This document shows positions 1-9,852 of a stretch of DNA of 64,000 nt, piece by piece. This stretch comes from SAR202 cluster bacterium. Its GTDB lineage: Bacteria > Chloroflexota > Dehalococcoidia > Lucifugimonadales > UBA826. The notes under the pieces are model-generated. The model was not told where the DNA came from. It saw only the letters and a program-made list of their open reading frames with translations, and searched no databases. The first letter of the stretch is position 1; each line of letters opens with the position of its first letter. The position numbers were made by a program, and so were the translations under genes. The stretch lies in NCBI GenBank assembly GCA_022447825.1, contig JAKUTY010000006.1:242-64241 (forward strand). The letters run 5' to 3'.

Positions 1-723
1 AGGAACTCTATTGTCTGGTCCAGAAATAGCTGCTAGCAATAAAGCACAATCCTCAATGTTTCTTGCCATAGGACCTTGAACTGAAGTTGGACTCCAACCA
101 GCATTTGATGGAAAAACTGGAACTCGACCAGGAGAAGTACGAAAACCAACCACATTACAATAATTAGCCGGATTCCTTAAAGAACCTCCTGTATCAGACC
201 CGTCAGCAATGGGCAACATTCTAGACGCTAATGAAACTGCTGCTCCTCCACTACTTCCTCCACAAGTCTTAGTCAAATCATAAGGATTTAATGTTTCCCC
301 AAAAACCTCATTATAGGTTTGAGATCCAGCCCCAAATTCAGGAGTATTAGTTTTTCCTATGGTTATAGCCCCAGCAGATTGCATTCTCTCAACAATTAGC
401 GAACTAAAGTCAGGAATGTAATCTTTATAGAGTGGAGATCCATAAGTTGTACGCATCCCCTTAGTGGGCACTAAATCTTTATGCGCAGTTGGCAAACCAT
501 GTAAAATTCCAACCGGGTGATTTTCGTTAAGTAATTTGTCAGATATTTTTGCTTGATTCATAGCTAAATCTGCATCAAGTGTAACAATAGCATTCACATG
601 AGGATTAACATCATTAATCTGATTCAAATGTGCTTCCATTAATTCCACAGAAGAAATTTGTTTATCAGAAATTAATTGTCGCATTTTAGTGGCAGTAAAA
701 TTTACTATCTCTTTATAAGACAT
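1..723 (-). CDS. amidase-signature family amidase (N-terminal ~241 codons; gene continues past the window start)
   Basis: Not in the ORF track because it runs off the edge. My minus-strand translation from ATG at 723..721 reads MSYKEIVNFTATKMRQLISDKQISSVELMEAHLNQINDVNPHVNAIVTLDADLAMNQAKISDKLL...DLTKTCGGSSGGAAVSLASRMLPIADGSDTGGSLRNPANYCNVVGFRTSPGRVP. The GGSSGG and GSDTGGS-R motifs are the amidase-signature hallmark. Confidence 0.8.
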   Translation of the reverse strand, partial: MSYKEIVNFTATKMRQLISDKQISSVELMEAHLNQINDVNPHVNAIVTLDADLAMNQAKISDKLLNENHPVGILHGLPTAHKDLVPTKGMRTTYGSPLYKDYIPDFSSLIVERMQSAGAITIGKTNTPEFGAGSQTYNEVFGETLNPYDLTKTCGGSSGGAAVSLASRMLPIADGSDTGGSLRNPANYCNVVGFRTSPGRVPVFPSNAGWSPTSVQGPMARNIEDCALLLAAISGPDNRVP

Positions 724-742
724 TTTGATTCCTTAAATTAGT

Positions 743-2098
743 TTAATTAGCCTCGGTTTTAGTTTCCAAAAATGATTTTTCCGCTTTCTTCCAATCAGGA
801 ATCAATAATTTTGAAGTGCTTTCTAAAAGCACAATGCTAATCGCTCCACCTAAACTAGCAACTACACTTATTGCCAAAGCCCAATTATATGAACCTGATA
901 TGTCATAAATTGGACCACCAACCCATCCACCAAGAGCCATTCCTATCCCAGCACCCAACATTTGAAATCCATGAGCCCTACCCATAGGTGCATGGCCAAA
1001 ATATTTTCTGTTCAAAATAGGAAATCCACCTGTTTCGCCACCATATCCAATCCCGAAGGTTATGGCAAATAAAATGAATACAAATGGAATAGATGTAAAA
1101 AATAAAATTAATACAGGCAAACCTTGTAAAACATAAAAAATAGTCATAACAGACCTAACTCCAAATCTTTCACACAACATTGGAGTTGCTAATCTAGTAG
1201 AAACACTAATCATAGCCATTAAACTTGAAATTAATGAGGCTTCTAGAACAGTTAATCCCTTTGTGGTAGCAAAAGGAATTATCCAAATTAATATAACCGC
1301 ATGGCCTACACAGCCCAAAAAATGTATAGAGCTCATATTCCAATATGCTGCAGTCTTCTTCATATGTCTATGAAATTCATTTAATAATACTATTGGAGGC
1401 AAAGAAGTACTAATTGGTTCGTCTCCTGGACGGCTTCCATATTCTAGGGCTCCAATATCAGAAGGACGATCACGAAAATAAAATACCATAATCATCATTA
1501 ATAAACTTGATCCAAACCCTATAGATAAAAATGCATTTCTCCATCCCATTGAATCAACTAAAATTGCTACCAAAGGTGTTGCTATTGCAGGACCAACTCC
1601 CCATGAAGTCATTATCAATCCCATCGCTAGTCCTAAATGTCTTCTGAACCAAATCATAGCAGCTGGAATTAACGGAACTAAGAATATAGATTGAGCTACA
1701 CCTAAAATAACTCCATAAGAAATCCAAAAATGCAATAAACCTAATGAAATTTGAATATTAAAAAAATTAAATTGCCAAGAAAACCATTCTCTAATAAATG
1801 CAGTCATGATCATTCCAACTAAAAAAAGAATGATTCCAAAGTACATAGTTTTTTTAGCACCTAATCTATCTCCAAGGTTTCCTGCCCAGGGAGATGAAAT
1901 TGCCGTAACTATCATTCCTACAGCATAAGCAATTCCAATATTAGACTGACTCCACGCAAATCTTTGTTCTAACGGATCTACAAACACTCCAAAAGCCATT
2001 CTTATAGAAGAGCCAACAATTTGCATTCCAAAAATTATAAAAACTATTACCCAAGCATAATGCCAATAAAATGTTTTATCTGAGTATTGAGTATTCAT
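743..2098 (-). CDS. MFS transporter
   Basis: Long ORF made of repeated hydrophobic helices typical of 12-TM major facilitator proteins. I moved the start to ATG 2098..2096 (MNTQYSDK...) because an upstream small ORF stops 1 nt before it. The track start at 2143 remains possible. Confidence 0.75.
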   Translation of the reverse strand: MNTQYSDKTFYWHYAWVIVFIIFGMQIVGSSIRMAFGVFVDPLEQRFAWSQSNIGIAYAVGMIVTAISSPWAGNLGDRLGAKKTMYFGIILFLVGMIMTAFIREWFSWQFNFFNIQISLGLLHFWISYGVILGVAQSIFLVPLIPAAMIWFRRHLGLAMGLIMTSWGVGPAIATPLVAILVDSMGWRNAFLSIGFGSSLLMMIMVFYFRDRPSDIGALEYGSRPGDEPISTSLPPIVLLNEFHRHMKKTAAYWNMSSIHFLGCVGHAVILIWIIPFATTKGLTVLEASLISSLMAMISVSTRLATPMLCERFGVRSVMTIFYVLQGLPVLILFFTSIPFVFILFAITFGIGYGGETGGFPILNRKYFGHAPMGRAHGFQMLGAGIGMALGGWVGGPIYDISGSYNWALAISVVASLGGAISIVLLESTSKLLIPDWKKAEKSFLETKTEAN

Positions 2099-2456
2099 AT
2101 TAATGTAAAGGACAGGCCCATAATGCAGCTTTTTCCCATGCATATGAGGACTGAGGATCGTTTGATTTAACTAAAGTATTTGAACGCTCTTCAATTCTAG
2201 AATCTGCTATTGCAGCAACAAAATAAACAAACAATACAAAACTTAATAGTGCTACTAAGAAGAATTGTATTGGAACTCCAAAAACCCAAGTTTTATTAAT
2301 TTCATCACCTTAAGATTATTGTTAGTAGCAGAATTATAGACTTATAAAAAAAATACACAATATATACAAATAAAAATAAAAGTATGATTTCTCAACAAGA
2401 TTTTCTGTTAACCTAGCAAAGCTTTACAAAAATTTATGTATCTGAAGGAGAAATTA

Positions 2457-3245
2457 ATGCGTGAAAACATTATCAGACAAAAATTAGAAGCAGGTGAACC
2501 AACATTAAGCACTCATATTCACAGTGTTTGGCCGGCTGAGATTGAAGCAATAGGATATACAGGCTTATATGATTATGTGGAATTCGTAGCAGAATATGGG
2601 CCATCTGATTTACACGATTTAGACAATATGTGCAGAACATCTGAACTTTTTAACATGGGAAGCATGTTAAAAATTGACCAAAGCTTAATGCCCTATCTAG
2701 CACAGAGGGGAATTGGAGCAGGATACCAAAGTATTTTATTCACTGACGTAAGGACTGTCGAAGAAGTACAAGAATGCATCAGGGCTGCAAGACCTGACCA
2801 TCCAGAACATAGAGGATTATATGGAGTAGCAACTAGAAGAAATTCATATATGGGATATGGAGGAAGCCAAGAATACGTAGATAACATAGCCGATGTAGTT
2901 TTAGCTTTTATGATTGAAAAGAAAGGTGCGGTAGACAATCTAGAAGAGATTCTTGAAAATCCTGCAGTTGAAATGGTTCAATGGGGAGGAGCTGACTTCT
3001 CAATGAATATTGGTAAACCTCGGCAAATGAATGATCCAGAGGTAGTAGAAGCTCAAATGAAAACTTTTAAAATGGCTCTGGAAAAAGGTGTCCATCCCAG
3101 AGCAGAAATAAATTCTTCTGACGAAACAAAAAAATATTTGGATATGGGAGTGAGACACTTTTCTGTAGGGACAGATATTACAATCCTTTATTCTTTTTGG
3201 AAAAATGAAGGTGAAAAAATCATAAGAGCTTTACAGGGTGAATAA
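2457..3245 (+). CDS. HpcH/HpaI family (class II) aldolase
   Basis: MRENIIRQKLEAGEPTLSTHIHSVWPAEIEAIGYTGLYDYVEFVAEYGP... matches the N-terminal layout of HpcH/HpaI aldolases. The start was chosen at ATG 2457 because GAAGGAG lies 7 nt upstream; the track start at 2436 has no SD. Confidence 0.7.
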   Translation: MRENIIRQKLEAGEPTLSTHIHSVWPAEIEAIGYTGLYDYVEFVAEYGPSDLHDLDNMCRTSELFNMGSMLKIDQSLMPYLAQRGIGAGYQSILFTDVRTVEEVQECIRAARPDHPEHRGLYGVATRRNSYMGYGGSQEYVDNIADVVLAFMIEKKGAVDNLEEILENPAVEMVQWGGADFSMNIGKPRQMNDPEVVEAQMKTFKMALEKGVHPRAEINSSDETKKYLDMGVRHFSVGTDITILYSFWKNEGEKIIRALQGE

Positions 3246-3247
3246 AT

Positions 3248-4042
3248 ATGGAATTAAATCTAAAAGGTAAAAAAGCAATCATCACAGGGGCTAGTAGAGG
3301 AATCGGAAAAGCAATAGCATATTCACTAGCTGAAGAAGGTGTAAGTTTATCGATTTGCTCTAGAAATCTCGAATCTATCAAACAGACTGCCCAAGAAATC
3401 AGTTCACGATTCGGAGTAGAAGTCAATTACTCTGTAACTGATACTTTAAATACTGAGGAAGTCAAAAAATTTATCGACGATTCTGCTAACTTTTTGGATG
3501 GAATCGAGATTGTTGTAAATAATGCTGCTGCTCCTGGCGGTTTAGTCATGGGTCCATTAGAAACTGCAAATGAATCAGATCTTCTTCAAGATATTGATAC
3601 TAAAGTAGTTGGATACCTTAGAGTGGCTAAATATTCAGCTCCATATTTAATTCAAAATGGTTGGGGAAGAATTATTAATATTGGTGGATTAGCGGCTCGA
3701 AGTGGAGGTGCTTTAAGTGGGATGAGAAATCTAGCATTAACTCATATGACAAAAACATTGTCCTCAGAATTAGGTCCTAAAGGCATCAATGTGAATATAA
3801 TTCATCCCGGGATTACTGTAACTGAGGCCACTGAACCCAAACAAGCACAACAAGCACAAGAAGAAGGTGTTCCAATCAAAGAAATTGAGACTCGTGCTTC
3901 TCAAGGATTAGATACCAGAAAAGTTCCTACTTCTGATGACATAGCAGCAGTAGCAACGTTCTTAGCATCTCCCATTTCATCATCTATTGCAGGTGAGGCT
4001 ATAGCAGCTGGAGGAGGAGTTGGTTCAGCTGTATTTATGTAA
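3248..4042 (+). CDS. short-chain dehydrogenase/reductase (SDR)
   Basis: TGASRGIGKAIA Rossmann motif near the N-terminus, NNAA motif, about 260 aa. Confidence 0.85.
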   Translation: MELNLKGKKAIITGASRGIGKAIAYSLAEEGVSLSICSRNLESIKQTAQEISSRFGVEVNYSVTDTLNTEEVKKFIDDSANFLDGIEIVVNNAAAPGGLVMGPLETANESDLLQDIDTKVVGYLRVAKYSAPYLIQNGWGRIINIGGLAARSGGALSGMRNLALTHMTKTLSSELGPKGINVNIIHPGITVTEATEPKQAQQAQEEGVPIKEIETRASQGLDTRKVPTSDDIAAVATFLASPISSSIAGEAIAAGGGVGSAVFM

Positions 4043-4058
4043 ATAATTAGGAGGAAAT

Positions 4059-4814
4059 ATGTACACTACAGATCAATTCGAAGGAATGATAGCTAATACA
4101 ACAACTATCAAAGGCTACAATGGAGATGAAATAAATGCATATTTTGCTAGACCAGAAGGCCCTGGCCCATTTCCGGCAATAGTTGTCATACACCATTTGC
4201 CAGGCTGGGATGAACTATATAGAGAATTTACAAGAAAATTCGCTCATCACGGTTATTTGGCTATAAGTCCAGATCTATATTCTAGAGAAGGAAAGGGAAC
4301 ACCTGAAGACGTAGCGGCGGCAGTTAGGGCGGAAGGTGGAGTTTCTGATGATCAATGCATGGGAGACCTCCAAGCTAGTGCAGAATTCATATTGTCCTTA
4401 CCTAATTCCAATGGAAAAGTAGGTACTTTTGGAACTTGCTCTGGTGGAAGGCATGCTTTTTTAGCTGGGTGTAAATTAGATATTTTCGATGCAATAGTAG
4501 AGTGCTGGGGTGGTAATGTAATTATGAATTCTAGTCAGTTAACAGAAAAACAACCAAAATCCCCAAATGAGTTTACTTCCCAACTTAATGCCCCATTATT
4601 AGGTTTATTTGGCGATTTAGATCAAAGCCCAACTCCCGACCAAGTTAATCAACATGAATCAGAGCTCAAATCTGCAAATAAAAATTATGAATTCCACAGG
4701 TACCCTGAAGCCGGTCATGGATTTATGTATTACGACAGACCCATTTACCACCAAAGCTCCTCAGTAGACGCCTGGCAAAAAGTTTTTACATTTTTAGAAA
4801 AAAATATTTCGTAG
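4059..4814 (+). CDS. dienelactone hydrolase family protein (carboxymethylenebutenolidase-like)
   Basis: GTCSGG nucleophile-elbow Cys and a C-terminal EAGHGF His motif, about 250 aa. Strong SD AGGAGG upstream. Confidence 0.75.
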   Translation: MYTTDQFEGMIANTTTIKGYNGDEINAYFARPEGPGPFPAIVVIHHLPGWDELYREFTRKFAHHGYLAISPDLYSREGKGTPEDVAAAVRAEGGVSDDQCMGDLQASAEFILSLPNSNGKVGTFGTCSGGRHAFLAGCKLDIFDAIVECWGGNVIMNSSQLTEKQPKSPNEFTSQLNAPLLGLFGDLDQSPTPDQVNQHESELKSANKNYEFHRYPEAGHGFMYYDRPIYHQSSSVDAWQKVFTFLEKNIS

Positions 4815-4821
4815 GTGATAT

Positions 4822-5103
4822 ATGTGTACTATGATTTGTGAACAAGCAAATATGACGGGAAGTGGAAAAGGTACAGAAGGTTGGTTTCCACTAGAGCAAG
4901 CAAACGTTTTTTATGATCACCCTTTTCATGCTCCCTGGGAATATGGTGTCAACATAGATTTTGTCAATAAATCTATGGGAGTAGGCTCTAGGGTTTCTGT
5001 TGAACTTAGTCCAGAGTCTGCAAAGTTACTTGCCGAAACAATCATCAAAGCTTTAGAGAAAGGCGAAAAAGATCCTCAAATAAAAATATCAGTCTTAGAC
5101 TAA
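4822..5103 (+). CDS. hypothetical protein (93 aa)
   Basis: ORF with AGGTGA SD, directly following the DLH gene. No family recognised. Confidence 0.4.
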   Translation: MCTMICEQANMTGSGKGTEGWFPLEQANVFYDHPFHAPWEYGVNIDFVNKSMGVGSRVSVELSPESAKLLAETIIKALEKGEKDPQIKISVLD

Positions 5104-5495
5104 AATTTTGTTGGTCTTGAAGCAATAAACCAAGTACCTATAGATGCTAGCGATATCAAAATGATTAACAAAATGTAGAAGTAATCATATTCGCTTAAAT
5201 AAATAGAAACAGTGGATATGAAAGAAGCTATCCAAATACATGAAATTGCTATGTACTTAATTTTTTGAGGTATAGCGCCGGTTTCTAAATAATCTTTTAC
5301 TAATGATCCAAACAACTTATGCTCAGTAACCCATTTATACATCCTATCGCTAGAGCGAATAAAACATGAAGCAGAAATAATTAAAAACACTGTGCCCGGC
5401 AATATAGGTAAATAGTAACCTGCAATACCAATTCCCAAGAATAAAAACCCTGCAAAATAATATAAATATTTTCGAATTGGATCTAATTGCTTCAT
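5100..5495 (-). CDS. DUF454 (YbaN-like) inner membrane protein
   Basis: GIAGYYLPILPGTVFLIISASCFIRSSDRMYKWVTEHKLFG is the characteristic YbaN/DUF454 N-terminal motif. About 130 aa with 3-4 TM segments. Confidence 0.7.
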   Translation of the reverse strand: MKQLDPIRKYLYYFAGFLFLGIGIAGYYLPILPGTVFLIISASCFIRSSDRMYKWVTEHKLFGSLVKDYLETGAIPQKIKYIAISCIWIASFISTVSIYLSEYDYFYILLIILISLASIGTWFIASRPTKF

Positions 5496-5581
5496 ATACA
5501 CCACTCTAAAAAATCATAACACGCAAAATGATAAATTTGTGGTAAGTTTATTTCCTAAATCTCATTAAAACCGTGTAACTT

Positions 5582-6853
5582 TTGTCAAATAATTCCCAAG
5601 AAACTAACAATATAAAAGCTTGGTCAGCTTTCTCTTTCAGAGACTTCAGACTTCTGTGGATTTCGGGATTATGTGCATCTGTAACTATGCAAACAAGAAT
5701 TCTCACATTTGGGGTTTGGTTATACCAAGAAACTGGGTCGGGCTTACAACTAGGTCTACTAGGACTAGTGCAATTAGCTGTTCAAATGCCTTCCAATCTA
5801 TTCGGCGGAGCATTTGCTGACCAATTAGATAGAAGAAAACTAATTGCATCTACACAATCCTTTAGTTTTTTCTTAATAGGATTAGCTACAATTTTATTTG
5901 TCACTGATAATTTACATCCATGGCATATATACTCAATCGTTGGAATTTTAGGATTAACTAGTACTTTAGGAGCTCCAGCCCGATCTGCTCTGACTGCAAA
6001 TGTCATACCTTCATCACACATGATGCATGCTGTAACTTCAAATACAGCAACTTTTCAAATCAGCATGATACTTACTCCTTTACTTTTTTCCTCAACTATT
6101 GAACTGATAGGGCTAGAGGGAGCATTTTTAACTGCTGTAATTTTTTCCGTACCTGCAACAATCTTCCCATTATTTGTACGCCTTAAATACAACATTGATG
6201 GAAATAAAAACACCCAAAATACATCTATGATCAAAAGAATTTATGAAGGTTTTAAATTTGTAAAAAACCATCCTATATTGCCGGGACTTTATGCTCTAGA
6301 CATCGGAGTTACAGTAGTAAGTTTTTATAGAGAAATCATGCCTTTAATAGTAGATAAATTATTCAGACAAGGTCCATGGGCTATTGGTCCTTTGTCAGCT
6401 GCCAACTCATTAGGAGGTGTTGCAGGTAGTTTCTTGGTTTTATCTCTAGCTAATTACAGATCAAAAGGAATGTTAGTATTGTATGCCACAGGAACATATG
6501 CATTATTGTTGTTTGCGTTCGGTTCCATACAATATTTAGACCTCAATACAATTTTCATACTTACTGTTGGATCAATCATTATAGCTGGACTTGGCGCTAC
6601 AGACGCTATAGGCATGACTACCAGGCAAACTACAGTACAACTAACAACCCCTGACAACATGAGAGGAAGAGCTGTTAGTTTCCATTCTTTTTGTGCTATG
6701 GGAGCAAACAATATAGGCACTTTTCACGTAGGTTTTATGTCCTCTAGAATAGGTGCAGGAAACACCATGATACTGGGAGGAGTAGTTTCTATATGTGTTG
6801 TATTAGCAATTTTTAAATTCGTTTCAGGATTAAGAAATTATCGCTACCCTTAA
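5582..6853 (+). CDS. MFS transporter (EntS/MFS_3-like)
   Basis: 423-aa polytopic ORF with a TTG start. FRDFRLLWISGLCAS... and DRRKL motifs are typical of this MFS subgroup. Confidence 0.7.
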   Translation: MSNNSQETNNIKAWSAFSFRDFRLLWISGLCASVTMQTRILTFGVWLYQETGSGLQLGLLGLVQLAVQMPSNLFGGAFADQLDRRKLIASTQSFSFFLIGLATILFVTDNLHPWHIYSIVGILGLTSTLGAPARSALTANVIPSSHMMHAVTSNTATFQISMILTPLLFSSTIELIGLEGAFLTAVIFSVPATIFPLFVRLKYNIDGNKNTQNTSMIKRIYEGFKFVKNHPILPGLYALDIGVTVVSFYREIMPLIVDKLFRQGPWAIGPLSAANSLGGVAGSFLVLSLANYRSKGMLVLYATGTYALLLFAFGSIQYLDLNTIFILTVGSIIIAGLGATDAIGMTTRQTTVQLTTPDNMRGRAVSFHSFCAMGANNIGTFHVGFMSSRIGAGNTMILGGVVSICVVLAIFKFVSGLRNYRYP

Positions 6854-7719
6854 ATCCCTATAGCCAATTTAGGTTCAGGTCTAGAAGGCACTAAACGATC
6901 TAAAATTAATAATTGATCACTACTTGAAAGATTATGAAATCTTGACGCAGAATCTAAAACGTTAGCCAGCAAATCATATTCACCACAAGTAGGTGCGGTA
7001 TGAATATCTTGAGAAAGTTGCCACCAAAGCGCATCGTCAATATCTGACTGAGTTCTAAATGGATCATACCAAGTTCCACATTCTTTTTTTGAATCTCCCC
7101 AACCACCCCTTGCAATCATTTTAATACATTGAATTCCTACATCTTTTCTATGGCATTCATCGATCAATTTTGTTGCATTACTCCTATAATCTATACCTCT
7201 ATACATGGCAACATTTACTGGAAACATAACTGTGTCAAAATCAAATCTATTTAGAGCTTCTAAATGAGTTTGTGCAACAGCAGGACCATGACCAGTAATT
7301 CCTAAATACTTTGTCAGTCCCTGATCTCTCATCTCGATTAAAGTTTGAATAGCTCCATTTGGACCCATTACGACGTCTAAAGTTTCTAAATCAATTACGG
7401 AATGTAATTGAAACAAATCAAAAGAATCAACATTCATTCTCCTCATAATATCTTCAACATTTCTCCAAGCTTCATCACGGGTTCTCATTGGAGTTTTACA
7501 GCCCAAAAACATTTGAGATCGCAAACTAGGCATCCATGGAGCAATTCTTTCCATAGAATCAGAATATCCTGGAGCTATATCGATGTGGTTTACACCATAA
7601 TCTAAACACATCTGAATTGCGCTATCAGCTTCATCCTGTGAAACTTTACCAATTGAATAAGCCCCAAATGTTACAACAGTACTGTGATGTTCAGTTTTTC
7701 CAAGTCTTCGTGTTTCCAT
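6850..7719 (-). CDS. aldo/keto reductase
   Basis: METRRLGKTEHHSTVVTFGAYSIG...DYGVNHIDIAPGYSDSME is an AKR N-terminal pattern. About 290 aa. Confidence 0.75.
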   Translation of the reverse strand: METRRLGKTEHHSTVVTFGAYSIGKVSQDEADSAIQMCLDYGVNHIDIAPGYSDSMERIAPWMPSLRSQMFLGCKTPMRTRDEAWRNVEDIMRRMNVDSFDLFQLHSVIDLETLDVVMGPNGAIQTLIEMRDQGLTKYLGITGHGPAVAQTHLEALNRFDFDTVMFPVNVAMYRGIDYRSNATKLIDECHRKDVGIQCIKMIARGGWGDSKKECGTWYDPFRTQSDIDDALWWQLSQDIHTAPTCGEYDLLANVLDSASRFHNLSSSDQLLILDRLVPSRPEPKLAIGI

Positions 7720-7803
7720 GTACTATTATTCCTACAAAATGTTATATTCTCACCATTGTTAAAATAAATGATTTTTACTTCAAAGGTCAATAAGGAGTTA
7801 CAT

Positions 7804-8769
7804 TTGCCTAAGTTCGTTTTTATGCCACCACAAGATGATTTAAAAAAAGAATTCGCTGCTAGACTTTCAGATACTCTTCCAGAATTCGAAGTTCATTCAC
7901 CTGAAACTGATGAAATTGCATTAGATCTGATTGTGGATGCAGACGCTGCAATGGGGTGGATTCCACCTGAAACATTAAAAAAAGCAGAGAAAATTAAATG
8001 GTTACATAATCCTGATGCAGGACCTTTTTTTGGATATTACTACGAAGATTTATGTAAACATGAATTAACGATTACTAATCCTAGAGGGATTTATTGGGAT
8101 CATATTTCACATCATATTATGATGTTTCTTTTAGGTCTTTCAAGAGGTTTACCTTGGTATTCAAAATCAAAATCTGAAAAAAAATGGAATAGAAATGCTA
8201 GAAAAACTCCATACGTTTTTCTAGGTGATTCAACTGTTTTAATAAATGGAGTGGGTGGTATAGGTCACGAAACAGCAAGGCTATGTAGAGAATTTGGTAT
8301 GAGAGTCATTGGAATTGACCCTCGACCAGAATATAAAATTGACGGAATAGAAATGCATCTACCTACAGATATAGATAAGTATTTACCAGAAGCTGATTTT
8401 GTAATTTCTACTGTCCCCCATACCCCTGAAACTGAATTCATGTTTAACACTAAAACATTTAAAATCATGAAAAACTCAGCATATTTTATTAATGTTGGAA
8501 GAGGCATGGTATGTAAATTAGATGATTTAGTTAATGCAATAGAATCTAATGAAATTGCAGGATGTGGTTTGGATGTATATGAAATTGAACCCTTGCCCGA
8601 TAATCATAAATTATGGTCTTTAGACAATGTAATGTTGACTCCTCATGTTGCAGTAGCTGAAGCTGCAAATCTGAATAATAGAAGATATGAAATTTTAGAA
8701 AACAACGCCAAATTATTTTTGAAAAACCAAGAATTAATTAATATTGTAGATAAGGAAAAGTGGTTTTAA
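7804..8769 (+). CDS. D-isomer-specific 2-hydroxyacid dehydrogenase family protein
   Basis: NAD-binding GVGGIGHETARL motif and the C-terminal NVMLTPHVA motif. The start is proposed at TTG 7804 because AAGGAG lies 6 nt upstream; the track start at 7768 is the alternative. Confidence 0.75.
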   Translation: MPKFVFMPPQDDLKKEFAARLSDTLPEFEVHSPETDEIALDLIVDADAAMGWIPPETLKKAEKIKWLHNPDAGPFFGYYYEDLCKHELTITNPRGIYWDHISHHIMMFLLGLSRGLPWYSKSKSEKKWNRNARKTPYVFLGDSTVLINGVGGIGHETARLCREFGMRVIGIDPRPEYKIDGIEMHLPTDIDKYLPEADFVISTVPHTPETEFMFNTKTFKIMKNSAYFINVGRGMVCKLDDLVNAIESNEIAGCGLDVYEIEPLPDNHKLWSLDNVMLTPHVAVAEAANLNNRRYEILENNAKLFLKNQELINIVDKEKWF

Positions 8770-8774
8770 AAGAT

Positions 8775-9524
8775 ATGAAAGAATTGAGGATTAATTTAAC
8801 AAAAGAAAAATTACATAACAGTGAAATTGTTAAAGTTCCATTGGGACCTTTTTCAAGTGACCTAATAGAACATTTTTCAACATTGAATCTTGATGGAATA
8901 TGGCTGGAGGGAGAACATGGACCTGTCGATTTCAGTAACATACCAGATCTTACTAGATCTTGTGACTTATCCAATCTAACTCCTATAGTTCGAGTACATC
9001 AAAACGACCCTGGAGTGATATACCGTACATTAGATTTAGGCGCACAAGGAATTGTAGTACCTCATGTAAACACAAAAGAAGAAGCGTTAGCAGTAGTAGA
9101 CGCAAGTAAATTTCACCCGATTGGCCAGAGAGGTTCATACACAAGTAGACAAGGAATTGGAGTAGAAAACTATTTTTCAAAAGCTAACGATCAAACACTA
9201 GTAATTGTTTTGATAGAAGATATTTTAGCTGTTAACAATATTGATGAAATTTTAGAAGTGGATAACATTGACGTGTTTTTTGTTGCACCAGGTGATTTAG
9301 CTCAAACTATGGGTTTTCTTGGTGGCGCAAGCAATCCTGAAGTCAAACAAGTTGTCAAAAATACTATCAAAAAAATAGTATCAAAAAACAAAATTGCCGG
9401 AACTTTATCTCCATTAAATGAAATCAATGATTTCATCGATCTAGGGGTTACTTTTATTGCATTTAGTTGGATTTCTTGGATTCAAACAGGTGCTAAAAGC
9501 TTAAATGAAAATATCAAAAAGTAG
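8775..9524 (+). CDS. HpcH/HpaI family aldolase
   Basis: DGIWLEGEHGPVD, VRVHQNDPGVIYRTLDLGAQGIVVPHVNTKEEA and FVAPGDLAQTMG match the HpcH/HpaI core. The start is ambiguous (GTG 8760 or ATG 8775). Confidence 0.7.
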   Translation: MKELRINLTKEKLHNSEIVKVPLGPFSSDLIEHFSTLNLDGIWLEGEHGPVDFSNIPDLTRSCDLSNLTPIVRVHQNDPGVIYRTLDLGAQGIVVPHVNTKEEALAVVDASKFHPIGQRGSYTSRQGIGVENYFSKANDQTLVIVLIEDILAVNNIDEILEVDNIDVFFVAPGDLAQTMGFLGGASNPEVKQVVKNTIKKIVSKNKIAGTLSPLNEINDFIDLGVTFIAFSWISWIQTGAKSLNENIKK

Positions 9525-9531
9525 GTAAAAA

Positions 9532-9852
9532 ATGTATAGAATTCGACGAGTATACAAAACACAACCCGGAGTTGCTTCTGACGTAGCAAAACTAGTATAC
9601 GAACAAGCCAAAATTTACAGAGATGCAGGACACAGAGGTGATTTTACCGTTTCCTACAATGGTTACACTCTTCCCGGAGAACAAAATATCGTAATACTAG
9701 AATGGCAAGATGAATCCATTCAATCTCCTAGTCGAGAAGGAAATAAAGTTCCAGCTGAAGCAATTGAAGTTGCTAAAAAATATAGGCCATTATTGGAAAG
9801 TCAACATATAGAATTTTATGAAATGGTAGATCCAAAAACTATGGGTGACTGA
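9532..9852 (+). CDS. hypothetical protein (106 aa)
   Basis: ORF with SD, in an operon between the aldolase and the amidohydrolase. No family recognised. Confidence 0.4.
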   Translation: MYRIRRVYKTQPGVASDVAKLVYEQAKIYRDAGHRGDFTVSYNGYTLPGEQNIVILEWQDESIQSPSREGNKVPAEAIEVAKKYRPLLESQHIEFYEMVDPKTMGD

